A stretch of 64,000 nt of DNA, from the NCBI GenBank assembly GCA_963736125.1, contig CAVTNQ010000002.1, positions 741,630-805,629 of the forward strand. Direction: 5' to 3'. Shown one piece after another: positions 8,951 to 18,202 of the stretch (positions within the stretch are counted from its first letter, which is position 1; every line of letters starts with the position of its first letter). The position numbers and the translations under genes are program-made. Under the pieces are notes generated by a model that saw only the letters and a program-made list of their open reading frames with translations, ran no database searches and was not told where the DNA came from. This stretch comes from Candidatus Latescibacterota bacterium. GTDB lineage: Bacteria > Krumholzibacteriota > Krumholzibacteriia > WVZY01 > JAKEHA01.

Positions 8951-9447
8951 AATTCCTGATCCCGCTCTTGACCATCGTCGTGTTCCTCGGGCTGCAGTCG
9001 ACGGTCGCGGGGAAGATCGCGATCGGCGGTATTTCCCCCGACTTCATCGTCGTGTGCGTGATCCTGTTCGGTCTGCAGCGCGGCCCCATCCAGGGCTCGC
9101 TGTTCGGCTTCTTGGTCGGCTTCTTGGTCGACCTCGGCAACCCCGGCTACCTGGGATTGAACGCGCTCACCAAGTCGCTGGTGGGATACGCCGGCGGGCG
9201 CCTGGGTGCGACCGCGTCGCCGGGGACGCTGGTGCTCTTGTTCGTGATTTTTGTGGCCGCCTTCGGGCACGACGTCGTTTACTTCCTCGTCTATCTGTGG
9301 CCCCGTGTGGACAGTGCCATGGTGAGTATATTCACCAACGGGCTGCCCTCCGCGCTCTACACCGCGCTCGCCGGCATCGTTGTCGAGCGCGTGCTGGCGC
9401 TCTTGGGAGCGAAGGTGGTGACGAGGGTTGGCAAAGAGAGACAGTAG
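8947..9447 (+). CDS. mreD: Rod shape-determining protein MreD
   Basis: ATGA overlap with mreC. Hydrophobic protein with PDF and GFLVGFLVD..LGLNAL. Confidence 0.9.
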   Translation: MKFLIPLLTIVVFLGLQSTVAGKIAIGGISPDFIVVCVILFGLQRGPIQGSLFGFLVGFLVDLGNPGYLGLNALTKSLVGYAGGRLGATASPGTLVLLFVIFVAAFGHDVVYFLVYLWPRVDSAMVSIFTNGLPSALYTALAGIVVERVLALLGAKVVTRVGKERQ

Positions 9448-11284
9448 GAGTCTCGCGGAAGGTCCGTTTCGGATCCGCACCCTCCTGTTCGCCGTCGCCG
9501 TCGGTTTTCTGATTCTCATCGTACGCCTCTTTACACTCCAGGTCGTGCAGCACGAACAGTACGCCCAGTTTGCGCGCGACAATCAACTCCAGCGCGAACG
9601 CATCCCCGGTCCGCGGGGCTTCATGCGCGACCGCAACGGGCGCATCGTGGTCGACAACGCGCTCCACTTCGAAGTGGTGATGCAGTGGCGCTCGCGCGAC
9701 GAAGCCCAGCGCACCGTCCGCGACCTGGCCGTCTACATTCCCATCGACACCACCAAGGCCATGGCGCGCTTCGACGCGTGGCAGAAGCGTTACGGCCGCG
9801 TCGCTTTTCCCCTGTTCCCCGACGCCGACAAGTTCATGATCTCGTTCGTGCGCGAGAACTGGATGCAATTCCCGGCGCTGAAGGTGGAGTCGCGCCTGCG
9901 GCGCCGCTACCCGGACCATTCGATCGCGGCGCACGTGTTCGGTTACGTGGGCGAAGTCACCAACGAAGAGATCGCGGCGGCACCCGAGGGCGTGCTCGTG
10001 GCGGGCGACTTTCTGGGCAAGGCCGGGCTCGAGCGCCAGTACGAAGACCAATTGCGCGGCACACCGGGACAGCGTGCCATCGAAGTCACTGCGTCCGGCA
10101 CCGCACTGGGCGAGATCTCGGAGCTGTCGACCGCACCCACTTCCGGTCACGACCTCTTCCTCGCCCTCGACTACGACATGCAAGAATACTTGGACTCTCT
10201 CTTGGCGAGTCGGCCGAATCCGTCCGCGGCGGTGGTGCTCGACGTCGAGACGGGAGGCATCATTGCCGCCGCGAGCCGGCCTGCCTACGATCCCAACGCC
10301 TTCGCCATGGGCCCCTCGGCTTCGCTGGTGGGCGACCTCCTGGAGGATCCGTCCAAGCCGATGTTCAATCGCCTCTCCCAAGCGCGCTACGCCCCGGCAT
10401 CGACGTTCAAGCTGATCGTCGCCTACGCGATCCTCACCAACCAGCTCATCGACCCCAATCGCATCCTGGTGTATTGCGACGGGACCCATCGCTTCGGCAA
10501 CCGCGTCTTCAAGTGCTGGAAAGAGGAGGGCCACGGCCCCATGAACCTCATGTCGGCCATCATCAACAGCTGCGACGTGTACTTCTATCGCGCGGGTGAA
10601 ATGATGGACGTCGACGTGTTGGCACAGGCCGCGACGGCGTTCGGTTACGACGGCAAGACCGGCGTCGACCTGCCGATCGAGGTGTCGGGCAACGTGCCCA
10701 CCCGCAAGTACTACGACAAGCGCTTCGGCAAGGGACGTTGGACGCAAGGACTGATGCTCAACAACGCCATCGGGCAAGGCGAGTACCTCGCGACCGTGCT
10801 CCACGTCGCGCGCATGTCGGCCGCGATCGCGAACGGCGGGTGGTTGGTGCAGCCGCACTTCGTCGAACGAACCGACGGGGCCACGCCGCTCGTGCCGGTG
10901 CGCACGCGCGTCCCGGGACTGGAAGGCTCGACGCTCTCGTTCTTGCAGCGCGCGATGCTCGGTGTCGTCGAAACTCCGGGCGGAACGGCGCACTGGACGC
11001 GCCTTGCGTGGTTGCCGGTGGCGGGGAAGACCGGGACGGCGCAAAACCCGCACGGCGAGGACCACTCGTGGTACACGGCGTACGCGCCGGCCGACAAGCC
11101 CGAGATCGCGCTCGCGATCCTGGTCGAGAACGCGGGGCACGGCTCGGAGATCGCGGCACCGATCGCGCGCGACTTCCTCGCCGAGTATTTCCGTCCGGGG
11201 CGTCGTGCGGCGCACGCGGTCTCGAGCATCTCAAGCAAAGCCGACACCACCGGTGTGGTGGCACAGAGTGGAGGGACGCGGTGA
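9428..11284 (+). CDS. mrdA: Penicillin-binding protein 2
   Basis: PRGFMRDRNG, SxxK (ASTFK), SCDVYFY and KTGTAQ motifs. TTG start, exact position uncertain. Confidence 0.95.
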   Translation: MAKRDSRSLAEGPFRIRTLLFAVAVGFLILIVRLFTLQVVQHEQYAQFARDNQLQRERIPGPRGFMRDRNGRIVVDNALHFEVVMQWRSRDEAQRTVRDLAVYIPIDTTKAMARFDAWQKRYGRVAFPLFPDADKFMISFVRENWMQFPALKVESRLRRRYPDHSIAAHVFGYVGEVTNEEIAAAPEGVLVAGDFLGKAGLERQYEDQLRGTPGQRAIEVTASGTALGEISELSTAPTSGHDLFLALDYDMQEYLDSLLASRPNPSAAVVLDVETGGIIAAASRPAYDPNAFAMGPSASLVGDLLEDPSKPMFNRLSQARYAPASTFKLIVAYAILTNQLIDPNRILVYCDGTHRFGNRVFKCWKEEGHGPMNLMSAIINSCDVYFYRAGEMMDVDVLAQAATAFGYDGKTGVDLPIEVSGNVPTRKYYDKRFGKGRWTQGLMLNNAIGQGEYLATVLHVARMSAAIANGGWLVQPHFVERTDGATPLVPVRTRVPGLEGSTLSFLQRAMLGVVETPGGTAHWTRLAWLPVAGKTGTAQNPHGEDHSWYTAYAPADKPEIALAILVENAGHGSEIAAPIARDFLAEYFRPGRRAAHAVSSISSKADTTGVVAQSGGTR

Positions 11285-12528
11285 GGACCGGACGCGATTT
11301 CGATTGGGTCATCGTGTTGTGCGCCGGGCTCTTGTCGCTCATCGGGCTCGCGGTGGTGTTCTCGGTGTCGCAGTCGGTAGGCGAGGTGTCGGCGGTGGCC
11401 ATGCACGGCACCCACTTCACGCGCCAGCTCCTATGGTTGGGCGTGGGTGCCCTCACCATGTTGGTCGCGTTCGCCGTCCCGTTTCGCATGTTCGAGTCGC
11501 TCGCGTTCGCGTCCTACGTGGTGTGTCTCGTCATGCTGGTCGTCGTCCTCATCCTGCCGTCGCGCGGGGAGACACAGCGTTGGTTCATCGTGGGCCCGCT
11601 CGCGATACAGCCCAGCGAGTTCACCAAGGTCGCCGTGATCCTGGTGTGGGCGCGCGTGCTTTCCACCCACCGCGCGGACCCGAATCGCATGCGCACACTG
11701 ATCCCGATCTTCTTCCTGTTCACCGTCCCGTTCTTGTTGGTGCTGAAGCAACCGGATCTGGGCACGGCGATGGTATTCGCCGGCATCCTGATGCCGGTGC
11801 TGTTCTGGCGCGGCTTTCGCGGCCTCCATATCCTGTTCTTGCTCTCGCCGCTCGTGAGCAGTGTCTTGATCATCTATGGCGAGAACGTCACCCACAATCC
11901 GTGGCCGTTCGGCATATTCATCGTGGTGATTTTAGTGGTGGCGTACCTGCGCCGGGCCTACTTGGTGGAGAGCGTCTCGCTGGTGGTTGCCAACGTGGGG
12001 ATCGGACTCTTTCTTCCCTCGTTGTGGAATCACCTCAAGCCGTATCAGCAGCGCCGCGTTACCAATTTCCTGGATCCCGATTCCGACAAGCTCGGCTCGG
12101 GCTGGCAGGTGATTCAATCCAAGATCGCGATCGGTTCGGGTGGATTCCACGGCAAGGGATACTTGGAAGGCACGCAGAAGGCACTCGAGTACTTACCCGC
12201 CAAGCACACCGATTTCATCTTCTCGGTGCTCGGGGAGGAGTTGGGTTTCATCGGTGCGATGGGTATCCTGGTCCTCTTCGCGATCCTCATCACACGTGCG
12301 CTCATGATCGCGCAAAAGACGAAGAGCGAATTCGCGTCGACACTGTGCGTGGGCATCGCCTCGTACTTCGCGTTTCAGGTCTTCGTCAATATCGGGATGA
12401 CGGCGGGGATTGCGCCGGTGGCGGGCATTCCGCTCCCGTTCGTGAGCTACGGCGGGAGCTCGATGCTGGTGAGTTGCTTCCTGGTGGGTCTCCTGCTCAA
12501 CTGCGCGGTACGCTGGAGCGAGTACTAG
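11281..12528 (+). CDS. rodA: Rod shape-determining protein RodA (SEDS family)
   Basis: GTGA overlap. Motifs QPSEFTK, QPDLGT, IAIGSGG, HTDFIF and PFVSYGGSS. Confidence 0.95.
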   Translation: MRTGRDFDWVIVLCAGLLSLIGLAVVFSVSQSVGEVSAVAMHGTHFTRQLLWLGVGALTMLVAFAVPFRMFESLAFASYVVCLVMLVVVLILPSRGETQRWFIVGPLAIQPSEFTKVAVILVWARVLSTHRADPNRMRTLIPIFFLFTVPFLLVLKQPDLGTAMVFAGILMPVLFWRGFRGLHILFLLSPLVSSVLIIYGENVTHNPWPFGIFIVVILVVAYLRRAYLVESVSLVVANVGIGLFLPSLWNHLKPYQQRRVTNFLDPDSDKLGSGWQVIQSKIAIGSGGFHGKGYLEGTQKALEYLPAKHTDFIFSVLGEELGFIGAMGILVLFAILITRALMIAQKTKSEFASTLCVGIASYFAFQVFVNIGMTAGIAPVAGIPLPFVSYGGSSMLVSCFLVGLLLNCAVRWSEY

Positions 12529-12629
12529 CGGCACTGGACCGCCGACGCTCCACGTGACAGCCCCGCGCGGACGCGCTATATTCCAGCGCGTCGACGGAAC
12601 CATAGTCGCCTTCGGAAGTAAAGGAACCC

Positions 12630-13433
12630 ATGCATCCCATTCTGGTCCATCTCGGTCGTCTGCAAATTCGCTCCTATGGCTTCATGCTGGCCGTGAGCTT
12701 CCTCCTGGGCATTTGGCTCGCGAGTCGCCGCGCCAAGAAGTACGGTGTCGATCCCCAGAAGATTCTCGACTTGAGTGTCATCATCATTGTCGCGGCGGTG
12801 GTCGGCTCGCGGCTCCTGTACGTGGTCTTCCACCTCGACCAGTATCACAATCCGCTGGACGTATTCGCGCTGTGGCAAGGTGGTGCGACCTTCTACGGCG
12901 GTTTCCTGCTCGCGATGGCGGCCTCGTACTGGTGGGTGCAGCGCAACGGCCTTTCGTTTCTCCTCGTGGCCGACATCATGGCGCCCTCGATCGGTCTCGG
13001 GCTCGTGTTCACACGCATCGGTTGTTTCCTGAGCGGGTGCTGCTACGGAAAACCGACCGACGGCCCGTTGGGCCTCGTGTTTCCGCCCGACAGCCCGGCC
13101 GGCGCCGCGGCGGCGGCGCTGGCGCAGCAGATGGGCCGCGACCACGTGGCCCTCCACCCGACGCAGTTGTATTCGTCGCTCAAGGGCCTCTTGATTTTCA
13201 CGGCACTCATGCTGCTGCAGCCGAAGTTGACCAAGCGCGGATCGACGTTCGGGTTGCTGCTCGTGCTGTATGGCATCGGCCGCTTCACGATCGACTTCTT
13301 TCGCATGTACGAAGACAACGCGCGCATTCTTTTCGGACTCTCCTTCAACCAAGTGATCAGCGTCGTGCTGATCGGTATCGGAATCTACTTGCTACTGCGA
13401 CGGCCGGCGCCGGCGCGCGACGCGGCGGCATAG
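12630..13433 (+). CDS. lgt: Prolipoprotein diacylglyceryl transferase
   Basis: IRSYG, GSRLLYV, WQGGATFYGG, RIGCFLSGCCYG, HPTQLY and RFTIDFFR. Confidence 0.93.
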   Translation: MHPILVHLGRLQIRSYGFMLAVSFLLGIWLASRRAKKYGVDPQKILDLSVIIIVAAVVGSRLLYVVFHLDQYHNPLDVFALWQGGATFYGGFLLAMAASYWWVQRNGLSFLLVADIMAPSIGLGLVFTRIGCFLSGCCYGKPTDGPLGLVFPPDSPAGAAAAALAQQMGRDHVALHPTQLYSSLKGLLIFTALMLLQPKLTKRGSTFGLLLVLYGIGRFTIDFFRMYEDNARILFGLSFNQVISVVLIGIGIYLLLRRPAPARDAAA

Positions 13434-13453
13434 ACAGCAACGGGTGGTGTCGG

Positions 13454-14197
13454 GTGGGGTGGGGGAAGGCAGTCCAGGCGCTCGCGGATTTCCTGATCGA
13501 CGAACGTTGTCACGCGTGCGGTCGCCCGGTGGAGGCGTCGGCGCACCTGGCGCCCCCGCGCGCGTCCGCGGCGGCGGCACTCGCGTCACCCGTGCGCATC
13601 GGTTGGGGTCGACTCACGGTGGACACACGACCGTTGTGCGGCGCGTGCTGCCACCGACTGGTCGCGCCGGTCGACCCCGCGGCCGTCGGCCCGTTGACGG
13701 TGTGGCCCGCCTTCGAGACCGACGACCGCGTATTGTCGGTCATCCATGCGCTCAAGTTCTCGCGTCGCGAACGCCTGGCGACTTGGCTCGCACGCGCGCT
13801 CGCGGATGGATTGCCCGCGCGCGCACTGTCCGATGTCGACCACGCCACGGTGCTCGTTCCGGTTCCGATGGACCGCGCGTCGCAGCGACGTCGCGGCTTC
13901 AACCAAGCCGAGCGACTCGCGAGTGCATTGGGCGCGCGGAAAGGACTACCGGTCGAACGGCGTGCACTGGTGAAGACGCGCGCCACCGCACCGCAGTCGT
14001 CGCTCGGCCGCGCCGAGCGCATGCGCAACGTGGCGGGTGTGATGGCGGTCGTCGCGCCCGACGCGATCGCGGGACGTCGCGTGGTACTCGTCGACGATCT
14101 CGTGACGACGGGTGCCACCGCGGCAGCGTGCGCGGACGCGTTGGCGCGTGCCGGCGCGCGCAGCGTCCATGCCGTGTGCGTCGGCTATCGCCCATGA
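13454..14197 (+). CDS. ComF family protein (Zn-ribbon + phosphoribosyltransferase fold)
   Basis: CHAC and CGAC motifs, VPVP, RRGFNQAE and LVDDLVTTGAT. GTG start is approximate. Confidence 0.85.
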   Translation: MGWGKAVQALADFLIDERCHACGRPVEASAHLAPPRASAAAALASPVRIGWGRLTVDTRPLCGACCHRLVAPVDPAAVGPLTVWPAFETDDRVLSVIHALKFSRRERLATWLARALADGLPARALSDVDHATVLVPVPMDRASQRRRGFNQAERLASALGARKGLPVERRALVKTRATAPQSSLGRAERMRNVAGVMAVVAPDAIAGRRVVLVDDLVTTGATAAACADALARAGARSVHAVCVGYRP

Positions 14198-14248
14198 CGA
14201 CTTCCGTGCGACGCGCGCGGGTCCCAAAAATCCGGCGTTTCTGCAATC

Positions 14249-14277
14249 TTGACAACGACTTCCGCCGCGGCTAAAAT
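14249..14277 (+). promoter_or_regulatory. sigma70 promoter of gap-pgk-tpiA
   Basis: TTGACA-17 nt-TAAAAT, near consensus. Confidence 0.8.
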
Positions 14278-14467
14278 GGCTTAACCGCGCCCGCCGCAGC
14301 CGGCGTTCCACGATGCATTTGCCACTCCGGTAGCCTTTCAATTAGGTTGATGTCTCGGCCCGCGAGCCGGGAACGACGAGGAAACACCGGAACGCATGGG
14401 GTCGAGCGCGGAATCGGCGTCGAGCGCGCGCACGCCATTCGGGCGGACACCACAAGGAGGATGGGAC

Positions 14468-15463
14468 TTGGCGATCAAGGTAGCGATCAACGGTTTCGGA
14501 CGCATCGGACGTCTCGTTTACCGACACGCATTCAACGATCCGCGCTTCGAGGTGGTGGCGGTCAACGACCTCACCAGCCCGACCATCCTCGCGCATCTGT
14601 TGAAGTACGATTCCGTGCACGGTCGCTTTCCCGCCGACGTCGCCCCCACCGAGACGGGGATCAAAGTCGGCGGCAAGACACTGCAAGTCATCTCGGAAAA
14701 AGATCCGGCCAAGCTGCCGTGGAAACAGCTCGGCGTCGACGTCGTCATCGAATCGACGGGCCTGTTCACCAAGCGCGACGACGCCGCCAAGCACCTCGCG
14801 GCCGGTGCGCGCCGCGTGCTCATCTCGGCACCCGCCACCGACCCCGATTTGACCGTCGTCATGGGTGTGAACGACAAGGAATTCGACGCGGCCAAGCACG
14901 CGATCATCTCGGTGGCGTCGTGCACGACCAACTGCCTGGCGCCGGTCGCCAAGGTACTCAACGACAACTTCGGCATTACGCGCGGGCTCATGATGACGAT
15001 CCACGCCTACACCAACGATCAAGTGATGCTCGATCAGCCGCACAAGGACTTGCGGCGCGCGCGCGCGGCGGCCGTGTCGATGATCCCGACCACGACGGGC
15101 GCCGCGAAGGCGGTTACCAAGGTGCTCCCCGAGCTCAAGGGGAAGATCGACGGCACGGCGGTGCGCGTCCCGGTGGTGGACGGATCGCTGGTCGACTTTA
15201 CCTTCGAGGTTGAAAAGCCTGCGTCGATCGAGGCCGTCAACAAGGCCATGCGCGATGCTTCGCAGGGTGCCATGAAAGGCATCATCGAATACACGGAGGA
15301 CCCGATCGTGTCGGTCGATGTGATCGGCAACGCGCACTCCGCCATCTTCGACGCCAAGTCGACGATGGCCATCGGTGACCGATTCTTCAAGATTCTCGCC
15401 TGGTACGACAACGAGTACGGCTACTCGGGCCGTATGGTGGACATGCTGCGACTCATCGGATGA
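14468..15463 (+). CDS. gap: Glyceraldehyde-3-phosphate dehydrogenase, type I
   Basis: TTG start 7 nt after AAGGAGG. Motifs INGFGRIGR, ASCTTNCL and WYDNEYGYS. Confidence 0.98.
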   Translation: MAIKVAINGFGRIGRLVYRHAFNDPRFEVVAVNDLTSPTILAHLLKYDSVHGRFPADVAPTETGIKVGGKTLQVISEKDPAKLPWKQLGVDVVIESTGLFTKRDDAAKHLAAGARRVLISAPATDPDLTVVMGVNDKEFDAAKHAIISVASCTTNCLAPVAKVLNDNFGITRGLMMTIHAYTNDQVMLDQPHKDLRRARAAAVSMIPTTTGAAKAVTKVLPELKGKIDGTAVRVPVVDGSLVDFTFEVEKPASIEAVNKAMRDASQGAMKGIIEYTEDPIVSVDVIGNAHSAIFDAKSTMAIGDRFFKILAWYDNEYGYSGRMVDMLRLIG

Positions 15464-15478
15464 TGAGGGTGAGGACGG

Positions 15479-16690
15479 ATGAAAAAACTCTCGATTCGTG
15501 ATTGTGACGTCAAGGGCAAGCGCGTTCTGACGCGCGTCGATTTCAACGTGCCGCTCGACAGCGACCGTGTTATCACCGACGACACGCGCATCATCGAAGC
15601 GCTGCCGACCGTGCGCGACATCGTCGATCGCGGCGGCCGCTTGATCCTGATGAGTCACCTGGGGCGGCCGCGGGGGCAGAAGAACCCCGAGTTGAGCCTG
15701 GCCCCCGTCGCGGCGCGCCTGGCCGAATTGGTCAAGAACCCGCTGCGCTTCGCGCACGACTGCATCGGCGAGGACGTGAAGCAGAAAGTGGCGTCGTTGA
15801 AGGACGGCGAAATCTTGCTGCTCGAAAATCTCCGCTTCCACGCGGGTGAAGAAGAAAACTCCAAGTCGTTCTCGAAGGAACTCGCTTCGTTGGGCGAGGT
15901 CTACGTGAACGATGCCTTCGGCACCGCGCATCGCGCGCACGCCTCGACGGTCGGCGTCACCGAGTTCATCCAGACGCGGGCGGCCGGCTTCCTGATGGAG
16001 AAGGAATTGAAGGCGCTGGGCGACGCGCTCAACACACCGGCGCGTCCGTTCGTCGCGGTGCTGGGCGGGGCCAAGATCGCGGGCAAGATCGACCTCATCA
16101 AGTCGCTCCTCGAGCGCGTCGACGCACTCCTGGTGGGCGGCGGCATGATGTACACCTTCTTCAAGGCTTCGGGGCTCGAAGTCGGCAAGAGCATCGTCGA
16201 CGAGAAATACCTCGCGATGTGCAAAGAGCTCCTGGCCAAGACGCGCCCTGGTCGCGGGCGACTCCTGCTCCCGGTCGATGCCATCGTCGCGCAGTCGATC
16301 GACGACGACGCGCCCGCGCGCGAAGTATCCATCGCCGACATCCCCGAAGACTGGCTCGGCCTCGACATCGGCCCCAAGTCCGTCGACTTGTTCAAGGCGC
16401 AGATCGCGGGTGCCAAGACGGTGTTCTGGAACGGCCCCATGGGTGTCTTCGAGAAGCCGAGCTTCGCGGAGGGAACCAAGGCCGTCGCGCGCGCCATCGC
16501 CGATGCCACCGATCGCGGTGCCAAGACCATCGTCGGCGGCGGCGACAGTGTGGCGGCCATCAACTTGATGGGGATCGCGAACCGCTTCACGCACATCTCG
16601 ACCGGCGGAGGAGCATCGCTCGAGTTCATGGAAGGCAGGACGTTGCCCGGCATCGAGGCGTTGTGCGACGTGGCCGAGGTCGCGGGATAG
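15479..16690 (+). CDS. pgk: Phosphoglycerate kinase
   Basis: RVDFNVP, SHLGRP, LLENLRF, NDAFGTAHRAHAS and HISTGGGASLE. Confidence 0.98.
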   Translation: MKKLSIRDCDVKGKRVLTRVDFNVPLDSDRVITDDTRIIEALPTVRDIVDRGGRLILMSHLGRPRGQKNPELSLAPVAARLAELVKNPLRFAHDCIGEDVKQKVASLKDGEILLLENLRFHAGEEENSKSFSKELASLGEVYVNDAFGTAHRAHASTVGVTEFIQTRAAGFLMEKELKALGDALNTPARPFVAVLGGAKIAGKIDLIKSLLERVDALLVGGGMMYTFFKASGLEVGKSIVDEKYLAMCKELLAKTRPGRGRLLLPVDAIVAQSIDDDAPAREVSIADIPEDWLGLDIGPKSVDLFKAQIAGAKTVFWNGPMGVFEKPSFAEGTKAVARAIADATDRGAKTIVGGGDSVAAINLMGIANRFTHISTGGGASLEFMEGRTLPGIEALCDVAEVAG

Positions 16691-16715
16691 CTCGCGAGGT
16701 CGTTCGAACACCTAC

Positions 16716-17483
16716 ATGCCGCGCCCCAAACTCATCGCCGCCAACTGGAAGATGAACAAGACCATCGCCGAGGCGGTCGCGTTCGCCGGTGAATTGCGCG
16801 CGTCGCTCCCTTCCGTCCCCGCACACTGCGACCTCGTCGTCATCCCGAGTTTCTTCTGCGTGCGTCCGGTGGTCGATGCACTGGTGGGCGCGCGCGCATG
16901 GGTGGGCGCGCAGGATCTATACTGGGAAAAGAGCGGCGCCTTCACGGGCGAAGTGTCGGCCGACATGGTCAAGGACGCGGGTGCCATGTACGTGCTGGCG
17001 GGCCATTCGGAGCGACGGCACGGTCTCGGCGAGACGGACGCCGTCGTCGCCAAGAAACTGGCGGCCGCGTTGGTCGCCGGGCTGACACCCATCCTGTGTG
17101 TCGGCGAGACGCTTTCCGAGCGCGAAAGCGGGCTGGAGGCGCACGTGGTCGAGCGACAGCTCGCGGTCGCGTTCACCGGGGTGAGCGCCGACGATGCCCG
17201 CATGACGGTGATCGCATACGAACCGGTGTGGGCGATCGGGACGGGTCGCACCGCGAGCCCCGACGACGCCGTCACCATGCACAAGACCATTCGTACCTGG
17301 ATGCAGGGACGTTTCGGGCCGCCGGTCGCGAAGGCGCTGCGCATCCAGTACGGCGGCAGCGTCAACCCGGCCAACGCCGGCGATCTCCTCGCGCGCGACG
17401 AAGTGGATGGACTCCTCGTGGGCGGCGCCAGCCTCGACGCGGGGTCGTTCCTCGGGATCGCGCGGGCTGCGGCCGCGCGCTAG
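16716..17483 (+). CDS. tpiA: Triosephosphate isomerase
   Basis: NWKMN, GHSERR, AYEPVWAIGTG, YGGSV and LVGGASL. Confidence 0.98.
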   Translation: MPRPKLIAANWKMNKTIAEAVAFAGELRASLPSVPAHCDLVVIPSFFCVRPVVDALVGARAWVGAQDLYWEKSGAFTGEVSADMVKDAGAMYVLAGHSERRHGLGETDAVVAKKLAAALVAGLTPILCVGETLSERESGLEAHVVERQLAVAFTGVSADDARMTVIAYEPVWAIGTGRTASPDDAVTMHKTIRTWMQGRFGPPVAKALRIQYGGSVNPANAGDLLARDEVDGLLVGGASLDAGSFLGIARAAAAR

Positions 17484-17496
17484 TCCGTCCCGCCGA

Positions 17497-17525
17497 TTGA
17501 CTTTCGTAGGCACCTTTGCTACGCT
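17497..17525 (+). promoter_or_regulatory. sigma70 promoter for secG-tRNA-Leu
   Basis: TTGACT-17 nt-TACGCT with an extended -10 TG. Confidence 0.65.
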
Positions 17526-17600
17526 CGCCCGTCGCGGTGACCCCCACCGCAATTTTTGTTTGGCGGGCACTCGGGCCCGCCGGAAACCAAGGAATCTTCG

Positions 17601-17975
17601 ATGCTGTTCAACCTGTTGATCGGTCTGCACGTCCTCGTGTGCATCGTGCTCATCCTGGTGGTCTTGCTGCAGTCGAGCAAGGGCGGCGGGCTGGCGGGTG
17701 CGTTCGGCGGCGGCGGCGGACAAACGATGTTCGGCGGCCAGGAGACGGCGACGTTCTTGAGCAAGGCCACGACGTATCTCGCCGTCGCGTTCATGGTCCT
17801 TTCGCTCTTGCTCGCGTTTCTCTCGGCACGGCGCACGGCGCCGACCTCGCGTTCTTTGGTTCGCCAGGCGGCCGAGTCTCAGCAGAACGTCATTCCGCAA
17901 GGGAAGAGCATCGACGACATTCTGGGAGGCGCGGACTCGACCGCGGCCAAAGCGGACACGACCAAGCCGCGCTAA
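17601..17975 (+). CDS. secG: Preprotein translocase subunit SecG
   Basis: Two TMs, VLLQSSKGGGLAGAFGGG and FLSKAT. Conserved tpiA-secG-tRNA-Leu synteny. Confidence 0.95.
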   Translation: MLFNLLIGLHVLVCIVLILVVLLQSSKGGGLAGAFGGGGGQTMFGGQETATFLSKATTYLAVAFMVLSLLLAFLSARRTAPTSRSLVRQAAESQQNVIPQGKSIDDILGGADSTAAKADTTKPR

Positions 17976-17992
17976 ACACGATTGGCTCACGG

Positions 17993-18079
17993 GCCCAGGT
18001 GGTGGAATTGGCAGACACGCTATCTTGAGGGGGTAGTAGACGAAAGTCTGTGCGGGTTCGAGTCCCGCCCTGGGCACCA
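17993..18079 (+). tRNA. tRNA-Leu (anticodon GAG)
   Basis: Acceptor GCCCAGG/CCTGGGC, D-arm TGGTGGAATTGGCAGACAC, anticodon arm CTATC-TTGAGGG-GGTAG, long variable arm, T-loop GGTTCGAGTCC and encoded CCA. Confidence 0.97.
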
Positions 18080-18202
18080 ACCACGATACGGACTTCACGC
18101 GCGGCGCCACGAGCGCCAAAACGAAATCCACCTTTCGAGCGACTAACCACGGGACGCCCACAACGGGTGTCCCGTTGGCGTTTTTGAGACAGGAGGACGA
18201 TC

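Noticed and set aside
14326-14391. Hammerhead or glmS ribozyme in the gap leader (TTGATGT..GAAAC, GACGAGG)
   Set aside because: The core does not match CUGANGA/GAAA in the required helix order, and the glmS AGCGCC motif is missing.
17993-18200. tRNA-Leu as a possible integration site for an island
   Set aside because: There is no integrase, I saw no duplicated tRNA 3' end in the window, and downstream genes have host-like composition.
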